Part shown: in pieces, positions 37,081-49,600 of the stretch | How the letters are laid out: each line of letters starts with the position of its first letter | How positions within the stretch are numbered: the first letter of the stretch is position 1 | From: Ascoidea asiatica JCM 7603 | Lineage: Eukaryota > Fungi > Ascomycota | Direction: 5' to 3' | Length of the DNA: 64,000 nt | Assembly (NCBI GenBank): GCA_001600695.1 | Contig: BCKQ01000003.1 | Span: 966,654-1,030,653 of the forward strand | Program-made: the position numbers and the translations under genes | Notes under the pieces: generated by a model | What the model was told of the DNA's origin: nothing | Databases searched by the model: none | Seen by the model: the letters and a program-made list of their open reading frames with translations, nothing else

Positions 37081-38400
37081 ATGGATTCAGATAGAATATA
37101 TTATAAATCAAAATATTATTTTGATTATTTCATTTATCTGTTAAAAAGAAGTAAACCATTAAGATATTCATTTTCAATTTTATCAATATTATTTACTTAT
37201 TATTTATTTGCATCAATTAAAAATCTTTTATTTGGTAATCAATCAATTAATTCATTTTCAAATGAAGAATTAAATTCAATTCTTGGTGGTGATTCAAAAA
37301 ATTTAAAAATAATTAAAAAATTTGAAAATGATAAATTTAAATTATCTTCTCCATATTTAAAAAATGATTTAAGTGGTGAAGCTTCTCCAAATTGGAAATT
37401 TGATGGTGATATATTAATTAGAAATGATAAATATGTTAGATTAACAAGTGAACAAAGACATCAATCTTCAAGATTATATTCAAATAATAAAATTAATGAA
37501 ACTTCTTTTGAATTAGATTTTTATTTTTCTATAAATGGTAAAGGTTTAGTTAATGGTTTACATGGTGATGGTATGGCAATGTGGTTAACTGTTGATCCAT
37601 TAAAACCTGGAAATGTAATGGGTTCTCATGAATGGTTTAATGGTTTAGGAATTCTTTTTGATACTTATAAAAATGGTAAATCTGGTGTATTTCCATATGT
37701 TCAAGCTTGGAGAAATACTGGTCATGAAAAATATGATAAAGATAATGATGGTAAATCAAATGAAATTGCAGGTTGTGTTGCAAGAAGTTTATGGAATCCA
37801 AAATCTGGTGTAATTAAAGGTAGATTATTTTATGTTCAAGATGGTTATATTTCTTTAGATTTTGATTATAAAAATGATGATAATTGGAGAAATTGTTTTA
37901 CTTTACATGATACTCATTTACCAAAAGATTTACATCTTGGTTTTTCTGCTGCAACTGGTGATTTATATGAAAATGTTGATATTAAAGAAACTCATCTTTA
38001 TAGTCTTTATAAATTTAATGATGAACCAATTGATGAATTTAATGATTTAGTACAAATTATGAGTGATCCTGATCCAAATTCTCCTGATAAATTTGAAGAT
38101 GCAATTGAAGAAGTTATTATAGATAAACAAACTAAAAGATCAAGAAGAATTCAAAAAAAAAGATCAACAAGACAACAAAGAAGAACTTTAAGAAGGTTAC
38201 AAGCTTCTGAAAGAAGAATTAAAAAACAAGCTTCTTTACAAAAAGAAATTAGAAATAAAAAATTAAAATCTTTTTTTGGTTATATTAAAAAATTCTTTTA
38301 TTCTTTAATTATTTTATTCTTAATTTATGTGGTAATTGTTTATGTAAGAGTTCAATTAAAAAATAAAAAAAGAGAAGATAAGAAATATGGTTTATTATAA
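37081..38400 (+). CDS. L-type (legume-like) lectin of the VIP36/ERGIC-53/Emp47 family, Uip5-like topology
   Basis: YVRLTS, GDGMAMW, GLGILFDTYKN and GFSAATGDL motifs; N-terminal hydrophobic anchor, C-terminal TM segment and an LL C-terminus. Confidence 0.88.
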   Translation: MDSDRIYYKSKYYFDYFIYLLKRSKPLRYSFSILSILFTYYLFASIKNLLFGNQSINSFSNEELNSILGGDSKNLKIIKKFENDKFKLSSPYLKNDLSGEASPNWKFDGDILIRNDKYVRLTSEQRHQSSRLYSNNKINETSFELDFYFSINGKGLVNGLHGDGMAMWLTVDPLKPGNVMGSHEWFNGLGILFDTYKNGKSGVFPYVQAWRNTGHEKYDKDNDGKSNEIAGCVARSLWNPKSGVIKGRLFYVQDGYISLDFDYKNDDNWRNCFTLHDTHLPKDLHLGFSAATGDLYENVDIKETHLYSLYKFNDEPIDEFNDLVQIMSDPDPNSPDKFEDAIEEVIIDKQTKRSRRIQKKRSTRQQRRTLRRLQASERRIKKQASLQKEIRNKKLKSFFGYIKKFFYSLIILFLIYVVIVYVRVQLKNKKREDKKYGLL

Positions 38401-38956
38401 AAATAAATAAAATGAATTCAAAAATATCAAAAATATTAAAAATATTAATAATTAGTAATTAAAATTATGTAATGTTAAAAGTATTTTTTCTAAGGATTTT
38501 TTTTTTTTTTTTCAATTATTTATCGGGTGTTTGTTTTCTTTATAGGTGAATAAAAATTTATTTTCCTTTTTTGTCAATTGAAGCTACGTAAATTTTATTT
38601 TAAATTCTATTAAATAAGAAAAAGATATTCATTATTTATCACTAACTAGATATATATGTATGGAATTGTGTGTATATTAAAAGCATACCAAAAAAAAAAG
38701 ACACAAAAAAGACAAATGTTAGAAAGAAATAAAAAATATGAGAATCTATAAAAAAAAAACCAAAAAAATTGAATATTATCATCATCAAGATTAATTGTAT
38801 GTAAAATAAAATAAAAAAAAAAATAAGTATAATTGTTAAATTTAAGATAAAAAAAGAAAATTTTGATAAAAGAAATTCACTATCAGTATACAACGAAGAA
38901 AATTGAATGAAGAATGAAAAAAATTAAATACATCATTAGAAATATTAATTTGAAGA

Positions 38957-40339
38957 TTAAATAAAACTATTCAAAGGATCAAATTGATGATTAGAATCAT
39001 TTTCATTATTATTAATATTATTGTTATTATTATCATTATTTGAAGTTTGATTATAAGTTTGATTTGAGATTCCAGGAATATTTGTAAAGTTTGAAATGTT
39101 TGAAGAAGTATTATTTGATGGATTATTATTATTATTATTGTTGTTGTTATTGTTATTGTTGTTATTATTGGATGTAGACTGATTATAAGTGGGAAAATAA
39201 GAAGAATATTTTGCTTTTTGTTGATTATTTGTAGAAGATTGAGAATTTTGAATTTGATTTGAATTATTTTGTAAATTATTTGACTGATTTGGATAAGAAT
39301 TTGGAAAATTATTTAATAAACTATTGAAATTATTTGAATTTGAGTTTGGAATATTGTTTGTATTTGGATTTAAATTTTGATTATCAGATAATGAATTATT
39401 ATTTAAACTATTATTAATAGTATTATTTAAACTATTATTGATAGTGTTATTGATAGTATTATTAATGGTATTATTAATTGTAGCATTTAAATCATTGAAA
39501 TTATTTAAAGAATTAATGTTATTCATAACATTATTATTTAATGAAGTTTGACGATTATTATTATTGTTATTGTTGATATTATTATGATTATGCTGAGTAT
39601 GTTGATTATGATGAGAATGTTGATTATGATGAGAAGTTGAAGATCTTTTTGGTTTTTCTTCTTCTCTTGGTACAATATCAATTAAAAAATCAAACATATC
39701 AGATTTTTGTAAAGCAGCACTAACATCAGATTTTTGTAAAGTTCTTCTTTTATTTTCTTCAGCATGAACCCAAGCTCTCATTGTTAATTCAGTTATAAAA
39801 ATATCACAACCTTTTGCAAAAAGAATTGGAGCTTCTGCACTTATCATTCTAACATCTTCATCAGTTTTCATAACTCTTTTAATTCTAGCTAATGGTAATT
39901 GATGATTTTTGAAATCATGTTCATCTCTTTCTATTGAATTGATAGTTTCTTGCCAATATTGCATCATTAAATTTTTATAATTACCTACTAAACCTTGACC
40001 AACATTATTGAATACATCACTTTCAGATTCTTCATTTGGTTGTTGATCTTGTTGTTCTTGCTCATCTTGTTGGTCTTGTTGATCGAGTTGATCATCATCT
40101 TGTTGATTTTGAAGTTCTTCTTGATCTTGTTGAATATCCGACAAAGAAGGTTGTTGAAACTGTTGCTGTTGCTGATCAGTAGGGGCTCCCCTAGGAATAG
40201 ACTGCTGATGAACTAATTGATCATTTGTTGGTAACTGTTGTGAGGATTGAGGCAAGGCTTGCGACAGCAGAGGTAGTTCTTGTGGTTGTTGTTGTTGTTG
40301 ATTATAGAGATCATAGCTGGTTGCGCCAGATGAATTCAT
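38957..40339 (-). CDS. HAP5: CCAAT-binding factor subunit Hap5 (NF-YC)
   Basis: [49 protein letters not shown]...[10 protein letters not shown] histone fold. First ATG is at 40339; 40342 is a GTG. Confidence 0.97.
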   Translation of the reverse strand: MNSSGATSYDLYNQQQQQPQELPLLSQALPQSSQQLPTNDQLVHQQSIPRGAPTDQQQQQFQQPSLSDIQQDQEELQNQQDDDQLDQQDQQDEQEQQDQQPNEESESDVFNNVGQGLVGNYKNLMMQYWQETINSIERDEHDFKNHQLPLARIKRVMKTDEDVRMISAEAPILFAKGCDIFITELTMRAWVHAEENKRRTLQKSDVSAALQKSDMFDFLIDIVPREEEKPKRSSTSHHNQHSHHNQHTQHNHNNINNNNNNNRQTSLNNNVMNNINSLNNFNDLNATINNTINNTINNTINNSLNNTINNSLNNNSLSDNQNLNPNTNNIPNSNSNNFNSLLNNFPNSYPNQSNNLQNNSNQIQNSQSSTNNQQKAKYSSYFPTYNQSTSNNNNNNNNNNNNNNNNPSNNTSSNISNFTNIPGISNQTYNQTSNNDNNNNNINNNENDSNHQFDPLNSFI

Positions 40340-42511
40340 CACTTGTTTGAAGAATAAGAAGAATATAAAGAAGTAAGATAATAAATAATAAGTTGACTTT
40401 GTTGTGAGGCAGCTTGTTGATATGGATAGAGTGTGGAGTGCTTGTATCTTATTGGTTGATGAATGAATCTAAAGGCTATTGGTTTAAATATATATGATTT
40501 CTGACTTTATTTGAGTTGGCTCTGCTGGAGCAGAAAAAAAGCAGAAAGAAATGCAACCTGCAAGAAAAGCGACGAGGGTAACGTAAAGACCAGCCAAAAA
40601 GTAAACGACAAACGCCACTCCGCAAACGCCACTCTGCAAACTGCAAGTTAACAATAAGAAAACCATGGTTGTGGGACCATTCCATAGTCCCATGTAAGAC
40701 TTCAATATTATTAACGTTACTGAATAACTCTTTTTATATAAGAATCTTCAATTACAGATTGAACATGTTTAATGGATTCTAATGAACAAAGTACAAATAC
40801 TTATTTGATCTGAAAATTTAGAAAACAATGTCAGCCCTCTATTCATCTTGAAATCCTAAAAAGGAACTATCTTTAGTTTACTTAACATTGTTAAGGATAT
40901 TCCCCCAATTTGATCTAAACAAGTAAAATCAAACCATAGAAAAAAAACATTATTTGTAAACTTTTCAGACTTCCATTTTTATCCATCCTATAAATTCTCC
41001 ATCCGAAAAAGTTTGTAATAAAGGATTGAAATCATTGCTCCTTTCCCAACATATCAACAAAATTGAATATCTTTCCAAACGAAAGGAAAACTGAACAAAG
41101 ATATCCAGAGCACGAAAGGGTAACAGATAAACTAATTGAAACTCCCATTCAATGGATATAATGAGTTACATCTCATCATCCAAGTTGGATTTGACAGCTG
41201 TTTTGAAAAATCAAAGAGAGATGGGACCTATAGAAATGATCCTATTATTGAACGTGTTAGTAATGCTGATAACCTTCTTGAATTGAAACAATTAAATCTT
41301 TGAAACCATATAAGTAAGTTAGTTACTGAAGTACTTCAACGAAAAAAAAAAAAGGGGTTTTAAAACAATAAAAAAAAGATAATTCACAGAGTACTTTTAT
41401 AACACCAAATAATTAACTTTGCAAAAACGATTGCTTTCCAATTTTGGCTTATATAAGTTGAGTTAATGTTTGTGGTTGGTGTTTTTACTTCTTTCTACAT
41501 TTAAATGCACATATAGACATACGTCTGCTTTTTCTGGAATAGGATTCTAAAATTTTAGGTTTCTGCTTATACGAAGTTTCGAGATATTTCATTTTCTCCT
41601 GAGCAGAAAATTCGTCTCCTGTCTCACTATTATGAGCTCAAAATCTTTTAGCATATGAATAATTGTAAAAAAATGCTTTGTTTCTTTTTTTGTTTTCTAT
41701 AAATCCATAAATACATTACTGTCGTTGAATAATCACTTTATCCTTTTTACTGTGTTATATTTTCCCATTCAGGTTGCACAATCCGAAATTTTGGCCTCGT
41801 TTCTCCCTAAACTATCATGATTATGTAATCTTGAATATTAGACACTAAAAATGGTGCCGGGCCCGTTTGTGCCCCATTCTGCTGTTTTTTCGGGTTAAAA
41901 TCTTGTTTTTGGAACAAGTTTTAACAACTTTAACAGTGTTAACACGCTTTTTAAGGTCATCTTCGGATTTAATCCTCTCTTTCAGTCCGCCCCGATATTT
42001 TATATGAGAATATTAATATTTTCATCTACCCTCCTGCACCAGATTTTTATTCGAAATTTACACCTGGTGAAATATTGGTATTATATCTGAATAATTTACT
42101 CTCATTATCACCTCATATTTTATTTAACTAGTATTAATTCACTTTTTAATTACGGTATATTTATTCATTTGATAAAATTTCATCTCGTTTCAAAAAAAAC
42201 AGAATTATTAGTTTACTGGGATTCATCTTAATATCTAATTGAAAAATTATAATTATTTTAAGAACATACCCTTTATCGGTTTTGAAAGAATTCATTTCGA
42301 TTCATTTCAGTTTTTATCTTTATTTTTATTTTAAAAAATTGATAGAACTAATTTTACATTTGATTTAAAGAATTGTCAATTAATAAAATTATAAATTTTC
42401 CGCTATTTCTCTCTTTTTTCTTGAATTTTCAATAAGTTTTAAGTTAATAATAATTAATAATAATCAACTATAAATAATTAATAATAAATAATCGTTAATC
42501 AATTTCAAAAA

Positions 42512-43471
42512 ATGGAGAATGTCGATAACAAAAATAAAAGTATCCGTGAAAAAATGGAAGCCTTAATTCGTTTAAAGCAAAAAGAAATCGTTAAAGGTTT
42601 AGAATCCGTTGAAACAAAAAAATTTCATGCTGATTCTTGGGAAAGAGGTAATAATGGTGGAGGTGGAACTTCATGTGTTCTTCAAAATGGTACAACTTTT
42701 GAAAAAGCTGGTGTAAATATTTCTTTAGTTTATGGTACTTTACCACCAAAAGCAATTGATAGAATGAGATCTGATCATAAAAAATTAGGTTCAAATTCAG
42801 AAAATGGTTCTGTCAAATTTTTTGCAGGTGGTTTATCAATGGTTATTCATCCAATTAATCCTCATGCTCCAACAACTCATTTAAATTATAGATATTTTGA
42901 AACTTGGAATAATGATGGTTCTCCACAAACTTGGTGGTTTGGCGGTGGAGCTGATTTAACTCCAAGTTATTTATATGATGAAGATGCAAAATTATTTCAT
43001 CAAACTCATAAGTTAGCTTTAGATAAATATGATAAATCTTTATATCCAAAATATAAAAAATGGTGTGATGATTATTTTTATATTCTGCATAGAAATGAAA
43101 CAAGAGGTATTGGAGGTATTTTCTTTGATGATTTCGATGATAGAGATCCAAATTTAATTTTAAAAATTATTGAAAGTTGTTTTGATGCATTTTTACCAAG
43201 TTATTTACCAATTATGAAATTAAGAAAAGATATGCCATTTACTGAAGATGAAAAAAAATGGCAATTAGTTAGAAGAGGTAGATATGTTGAATTTAATTTG
43301 GTTATTGATAGAGGTACTCAATTTGGTTTATTAACTCCAGGTTCAAGAGTTGAAAGTATTTTAATGAGTTTACCTTGTCATGCAAGTTGGTATTACGATT
43401 ATCATCCTGAACCAAATACAAGAGAAGCAAAATTAATTGAAGTATTACAAAATCCAATTGAATGGGCATAA
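42512..43471 (+). CDS. HEM13: Oxygen-dependent coproporphyrinogen III oxidase
   Basis: [40 protein letters not shown] and [10 protein letters not shown] motifs. Confidence 0.98.
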   Translation: MENVDNKNKSIREKMEALIRLKQKEIVKGLESVETKKFHADSWERGNNGGGGTSCVLQNGTTFEKAGVNISLVYGTLPPKAIDRMRSDHKKLGSNSENGSVKFFAGGLSMVIHPINPHAPTTHLNYRYFETWNNDGSPQTWWFGGGADLTPSYLYDEDAKLFHQTHKLALDKYDKSLYPKYKKWCDDYFYILHRNETRGIGGIFFDDFDDRDPNLILKIIESCFDAFLPSYLPIMKLRKDMPFTEDEKKWQLVRRGRYVEFNLVIDRGTQFGLLTPGSRVESILMSLPCHASWYYDYHPEPNTREAKLIEVLQNPIEWA

Positions 43472-43812
43472 TTTATCTTCTAATAACCAGTTTCTTTTTT
43501 ATTTTTCATTTATCATTTATCATTTTTCATTTTTGTTTTTTTGTCTTTTTTTATGACCTTTTAATGAATAAATTTATATACTGTAATTATTTTAATACTT
43601 AACTTTTAGATAATAAAAAAAACTTAGAGAAAATTGAATTTTAAAATATAATAAATTATTTAACTTTTATTTCTAAAATTCTTCCTATTTACATTATACA
43701 CATTAAAATTAAATCAATTTAATTTAGTTTGAATTTTTTATTCCCTAATAGATAAAATTGAAAAATTTATTCTTTTTGAGCAAAATTTCAACAAAGTTCA
43801 CTAATTTAACTT

Positions 43813-44232
43813 TTAAAAATAGTTTTTGAACAATTTACTAATTTCTTCAACAAAATCTCCTTTTATAACAATTTTTTTACTATCTGGTAATACTTTAATA
43901 GTTTTTCTATCTATTTCTGGAAATAATTTTATTAAATCCAATTTTAACAAATTTGAATTTCCTTTAATCTTGCATATTTCTGTATAAACAACTTTTTTTT
44001 TGTATGCTGTATAAATAGGTAAGTTTCCTAAACTTGATCTTTCAATAAAATAGTTATCTGTACCAAATGAACTAGATTTTGATGGTAAATCTTTAGCTGT
44101 TACTTGATCTCGAGATAAAAATATTGGTTCTTTAACACCTATATTTTGAGAACCGCTAACAAATGGTTTAATACCTGAAGCTATACTTGAATTATATCTT
44201 ACAAAACTTTTCATCAATCCACATCTAAACAT
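43813..44232 (-). CDS. IMG2: Mitochondrial large-subunit ribosomal protein mL49
   Basis: YFIERSSLGNLPIY, TEICKIKGN and IVIKGD motifs; mitochondrial presequence-like N-terminus; adjacent to RSA4 as in S. cerevisiae. Confidence 0.88.
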   Translation of the reverse strand: MFRCGLMKSFVRYNSSIASGIKPFVSGSQNIGVKEPIFLSRDQVTAKDLPSKSSSFGTDNYFIERSSLGNLPIYTAYKKKVVYTEICKIKGNSNLLKLDLIKLFPEIDRKTIKVLPDSKKIVIKGDFVEEISKLFKNYF

Positions 44233-44640
44233 TTTTTTATATATTGTATATTTCAGTTAATTCAATTATAGTATGACCCTCTTAAATTTACACTTGATAA
44301 AAAGAAATAATATACTTGAATATTCTTTTTAATAATATATTCAATAAATACACTTTAGATTAGAAATTTCAATTTTATCTTCTGGTTTTTCAAAATTATT
44401 CTTTTTTGTTTTTCAAGAATCGGCATGAAGCAATAAATCAAATTCATAGTTAAAATATATATGTCACGTGCTTATTTTGATTTTTCATAAAAATTAATTT
44501 TTTTTTAGATATTTCAAATGTTTTTGATTTTTTTTTTATGGAGATTTAAAATAAAATTCTGTTAAAAATATTTTTAAAAGTATAAGATTATAATTTTTTG
44601 ACATTATAATCACTAAATTTTTTTCTTGTAACACATCACA

Positions 44641-46215
44641 ATGTCAACTTTACTTCCACCATCTTCTAAAAGACAAAAAAGACAAGCACAACAACCAAGA
44701 GAGATAGATATAGTTCCTGATCAACTTCCTAATGTTTTAATCAAATTTCAAGCATCAGATACTGGCGAATCAATAGGTGGAAATATAAGAGTTCCTGGTG
44801 GATCAACAACCAAACAATTAGAACAATTGTTGAATCAGCTTAATAATAATTCAGATGATCCCCTTCCTTATACCTTTTCGGTATTGGTCGACAAAGAAAA
44901 TTCACCAAATTCACTCATTGATATTTCTGATAATATATATTCTTCGGTGCTAAAACCTGGATATAAATCAACAGAAGATTTTTTAACAGTAGTATTTACT
45001 CCTCAAGCAATTTTCAAAGTAAAGCCGGTTACAAGAAGTAATACAGCAATAGCTGGTCATGGTTCTACTATATTAAGTTGTCAGTTTGCTCCTTATACTA
45101 GTTCTAGATTTGTGACGGGTTCTGGTGATTCAACAGCAAGAATTTGGGATGCTGATACTAACACGCCTCTTGCAACATTAGAAGGTCACTCTAATTGGGT
45201 TCTTTGTGTTTGCTATTCTCCAGATGGTTCGGTTATAGCCACTGGGTCGATGGATAATACAGTTAGATTATGGGATTCAGTAAAAGGTACTCCAATCGGT
45301 GGAAATCCAAATAAAAATATTCTCAAAGGTCATCAAAAATGGATTTCATCTATGTCTTGGGAGCCATTACATTTGTTAAAGGATGAAAATCAAGCATCAA
45401 AATTATGCACAGGGTCAAAAGATACAACAATAAAAATTTGGGACACTGTTAATAGAATAGTAATCATGACTTTAAGCTCCCATACATCAGCTATTTCGTG
45501 TGTTAAATGGAGTGGAACTAATCGAATATATTCAGCTTCTCATGATAAAACAATTAAAGTTTGGGATGCAAGAAATGGTTCATGTATTGCTAATTTGAAA
45601 GCCCATGCTCACTGGGTTAACCATTTGTCATTATCCACTGATTATGCTCTAAGAGCTGGACCTTTTGATCACACTTCAAAAGCAAATTCATTTAAACAGA
45701 ATACTCAAAATCGAAAGGATTTAATTGAAAAAGCTAAATTAAATTATAAAAAAGTAGGTTACAAAAATGGTCAGCCTGATGAAAGAATAGTAACAGCTTC
45801 AGATGATTTTACAATGTATTTATGGAATCCTTTAAAGTCAACAAAACCTGTTTGTAGAATGGTTGGTCACCAAAAATTAGTTAATCATGTTGCTTTTTCT
45901 CCAGATGGAAGACTTGTAGCTTCTGCCTCCTTTGATAACTCAATTAAAATTTGGGATGGTTTATCTGGAACATTTATAGCTTCATTAAGAGGCCATGTTG
46001 CACCGGTTTATCAGGTTGCTTGGAGTTCAGATTCACGTTTAATAGTAAGTTGTTCTAGAGATTCTACTTTAAAAGTTTGGGATGTAAAAACTAGAAAATT
46101 AAGTGTTGATTTACCTGGCCATGTAGATGAAGTTTACGCTGTTGATTGGAGTGTGGATGGAAAAAGAGTTGCGAGTGGAGGAAAGGATAAAAAAGTTAGA
46201 ATTTGGACTCATTAA
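44641..46215 (+). CDS. RSA4: 60S biogenesis WD40 protein Rsa4/Notchless
   Basis: MSTLLPPSSKRQK start, NLE domain, WD repeats, TASDDFTMYLW and DLPGHVDEVYAVDWSVDG motifs. Confidence 0.98.
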   Translation: MSTLLPPSSKRQKRQAQQPREIDIVPDQLPNVLIKFQASDTGESIGGNIRVPGGSTTKQLEQLLNQLNNNSDDPLPYTFSVLVDKENSPNSLIDISDNIYSSVLKPGYKSTEDFLTVVFTPQAIFKVKPVTRSNTAIAGHGSTILSCQFAPYTSSRFVTGSGDSTARIWDADTNTPLATLEGHSNWVLCVCYSPDGSVIATGSMDNTVRLWDSVKGTPIGGNPNKNILKGHQKWISSMSWEPLHLLKDENQASKLCTGSKDTTIKIWDTVNRIVIMTLSSHTSAISCVKWSGTNRIYSASHDKTIKVWDARNGSCIANLKAHAHWVNHLSLSTDYALRAGPFDHTSKANSFKQNTQNRKDLIEKAKLNYKKVGYKNGQPDERIVTASDDFTMYLWNPLKSTKPVCRMVGHQKLVNHVAFSPDGRLVASASFDNSIKIWDGLSGTFIASLRGHVAPVYQVAWSSDSRLIVSCSRDSTLKVWDVKTRKLSVDLPGHVDEVYAVDWSVDGKRVASGGKDKKVRIWTH

Positions 46216-46699
46216 TACAATTTTTATTTAATTCATATAGAATTTCAACTTTAATAATAATTCTTCAAGCTTACAATTTATATTTATTTATGTGCTATAA
46301 CGAAAAAAAAGGACAATTGAACTCTGTTAATTAGATACATATTTTATTTGAACCTTAGAAAGAAGGCGAACTCAATTTTTTAAATTGTAAAAAAGAAAGT
46401 TAAGCTAAACAAAAAAAATCTTTTTCATAAAAAACATCAAGTGAAATAATCTTAAAGTTTTTCATGTATCGCCTTTCAGAGTAAACATTATATCTGAACT
46501 CTCTGTTAAAATCAAATAACCCATGAAAGCTACATATTTCTATTTTTTAGCAAAATTAAAAAAGAAATCAAACTTCTTGCTGATTTTTAGCCAAATTTCG
46601 AGAAATTTGATTTGAATTGCATGCACATTAAGATTCCTTCTGATTATTTACTAAGTTCCAGAATTCCCAACACAATCAATTATACATCATAAAAAGAAA

Positions 46700-49600
46700 C
46701 TATCTTACTGGACTATTACTATTCTCAGTTTCTTCAGCTATAACGTTAATATCGTCATTGCTGTATGTATTATTATTATTATCATCGCGCGTATAGCTAT
46801 CGCCGAGATCAGTTCGATTATTTGAGTCAGCAATTCTCAAAGAATGCAACTGATGATTCAATTCATTGCTACTTTCTTCATTAGTACTTTCTTCATTACT
46901 TTCTTCATTAGTACTTTCTTCATTATTATTTTCTTCATTATGACCTTCATGGTTATTACTTCCATTATTATCATTTAATCCATAATTTTCTTCACTATCC
47001 TCTTCAGATACTTCTACAAGTCCTTCAGAAGAAAAATTGGGATTTCCTTTATCTCTTGAACCATTATCATCATCATCATCATCATCGTCTGAAAATAGGT
47101 TTTGGATATCGACCAACCAAGGATCAACAAATAATTCCCGTGCAGTAGGTCTTTCATTAGGATTTTGTATAAAACATTTTTTAATGAAATCAATACCAAG
47201 TTTACTAAATTTATCTTCAGTTGGAACACTTGGTGGTAAGCCCTGCCCTATTCTATACAAGATAGCCCATTGATTATCCAATTCTGCCCATGGCCTAAGA
47301 CCTGTCGACATTTCTGCAACTACACATCCCAAAGACCAAATATCAGCAGCAAAAATTGGTGGCACTTCACCGTTTCTTGGAACTTTTACGGCTTCAGGTG
47401 CCATATAAATAGGAGTTCCTTGTTGTTGACCAGATGATTTGGTACTTTTTCCGGTCAAAAGAAGAGATGCTGTTTTTGTCCCATAAGAGAAAGTTTTTTG
47501 ATCCGAATTAAGCATTTTTGCTGCTCCAAAATCTCCAATTTTGATTACAGCATCTCCAGTTAGTAAAATATTATCAGGCTTTATATCTCTATGAGCAATA
47601 TTTTGATCATGCAAATGAATTAAACCTTTCAAAATAGAGCACGTATAAAATTGAATAATTTGTTCCCAAGGTTTTCCATCTCCTCTTGTAACTCCTACAC
47701 CTTTGTCGATATATTTGCTCAAAGCACCATTTTCGCAAAATTCCATAAAAAGATAAGCTTTATCACCAGCGACTTGTAATCCGTAATATGTAACAATATT
47801 TTTATGATGACATTTTTCTAAAATTTCAACTTCACCTTCAATCATGGACAATACATCAGGCACAAATTCGCTCTTTGGAAAACATATTTCTTTGATCGCA
47901 ATTTGTTCGTTTGTTTCTTCATCAATTCCTGCATAAACAGATCCAAAACTTCCGCGACCTATTAAAACTCTCTTTTTCCAGCGATGAGAAAATAATTTAA
48001 AGTTAGTTTGTAGAGAATCAACATATTTCATTACCGGTAATTCCTTGTCTAAAACTCTTCCAAGTTCATTGCGTTCCTTTTGTTTTTTCTCTAAAAGAAG
48101 GTCAATTTGTTTAACCTTCCTTTCTATGGTTATTGATTTATCGTGAACCATATTTGCTGCTTTATTAGAACTGTTTTTCCTTCTTACCTGTTCAATATTT
48201 ACTAATCTTCTGTTATAATCTGCCTTAATTCCAAGAACATCGAAATGCAAAATGAGTATGGAACAACATCCCCCCATCTTTTCCTTATAAAGATTGAATT
48301 TAGCATCAGATAAACGATGTATTCCATAATGTTGAAGAAACCAATGAGCAAATTCAATAGTCGAAATCGCCCAAGCAAAAGTTCTTTTTTGACTCCCATC
48401 GCAATCATCGACTATAAAACATAACCAATCTAAACTTACATTTAAAAGAAGTTCTAATATTAAAGTCCTTTTACCTGGCTTTATCTCTTTGAATCCGTTT
48501 AATACGTACTTTTTAGCAAAAACAAATAGAGACTGAATGAGTCTTTTATCTGGGCAACTACCATATTTTTTTCTAAGTAAAGGAATGCTTTTTAAAAGTT
48601 GAATCATCATAACAGAAAAAATTTTTGTTGCAGAGTCAAATTCGGTTTGTATTTTATTGATACTGCAACATTTTTGATTTGTAGATTCAAGAAAACAAAC
48701 CTTAACTGGCTGCTCTTTGAATATTAATTGCTTCAAATGATTCTCATTTAGTTGAATATTCATCTTTTTATTCTTCATATATTTTAAAAACTCGAAGAAA
48801 AAGCAATATTTTGCGGATTTAAACAAGTCAACATGGCCATCTGTAATCAATAAACATGTTCCGGGCTTTATCGGTATTAAATCAGGCAACGAAAGTTCTG
48901 TTTTACTAAAAAAAGCAACATTATCGAGATTAATAGTGAATTCTTCTCCTTTCCATTTGAAGCTTTTATGTAATGGAACTGCTAATATATAATTCTGGTC
49001 TTCATTAAAATCCATTTCACCTCCTATAGGGTCTTTTTTAATTGATTCTTCATTAGGAATTTGGAAGTTTGGAACATCTAGAAAAACGGGGTTCTTCCCA
49101 GAACAGCAAATATTAGAACCTATTAAAGTTCTTATTATTGAAATATAAGAGCTACGCGATATCTTGCGAGTAAAACAATATAGCGAAAAACTATTTTGAT
49201 CGTTGAATCTCAGGTCGATATACTCAATATTGATTTCTTTTGAAGATTCAAATTTGATTAATTTATGCTTTGAACTTTCTAAAAAAGAAATGAATTCTTC
49301 AATTTTATTATCCGATATATCAACAACTGTAGAATTGTCTAGCGCCAAATGCAAATTTTTGTCTACTTCATCTAGTGTTTGCTTACACTTCCTAAAGGCT
49401 TCAACTACAGATCCATACCTAGTAATTAATTCTTTCTGTAGCCTTTCCTCTGGACTGGACGTCACTTCTTTTTTCTTCTCTTTTTTTTTACTTTCTTCTA
49501 AAAGACGAAGTTTTTTTGGAATCATTGATTCACTCAAAAACCTGCCTTTTGAAGATTCTTTAAAGGCAAGAAAAGAAGAATCAAAAGGGTCTAAGTCAAA

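Noticed and set aside
40970-41161. Short peptides SIFIHPIN and KLIETPIQWI* that echo Hem13 ([21 protein letters not shown])
   Set aside because: The two matches are about 170 nt apart versus about 600 nt in HEM13, with no similarity between them. Most likely coincidence.
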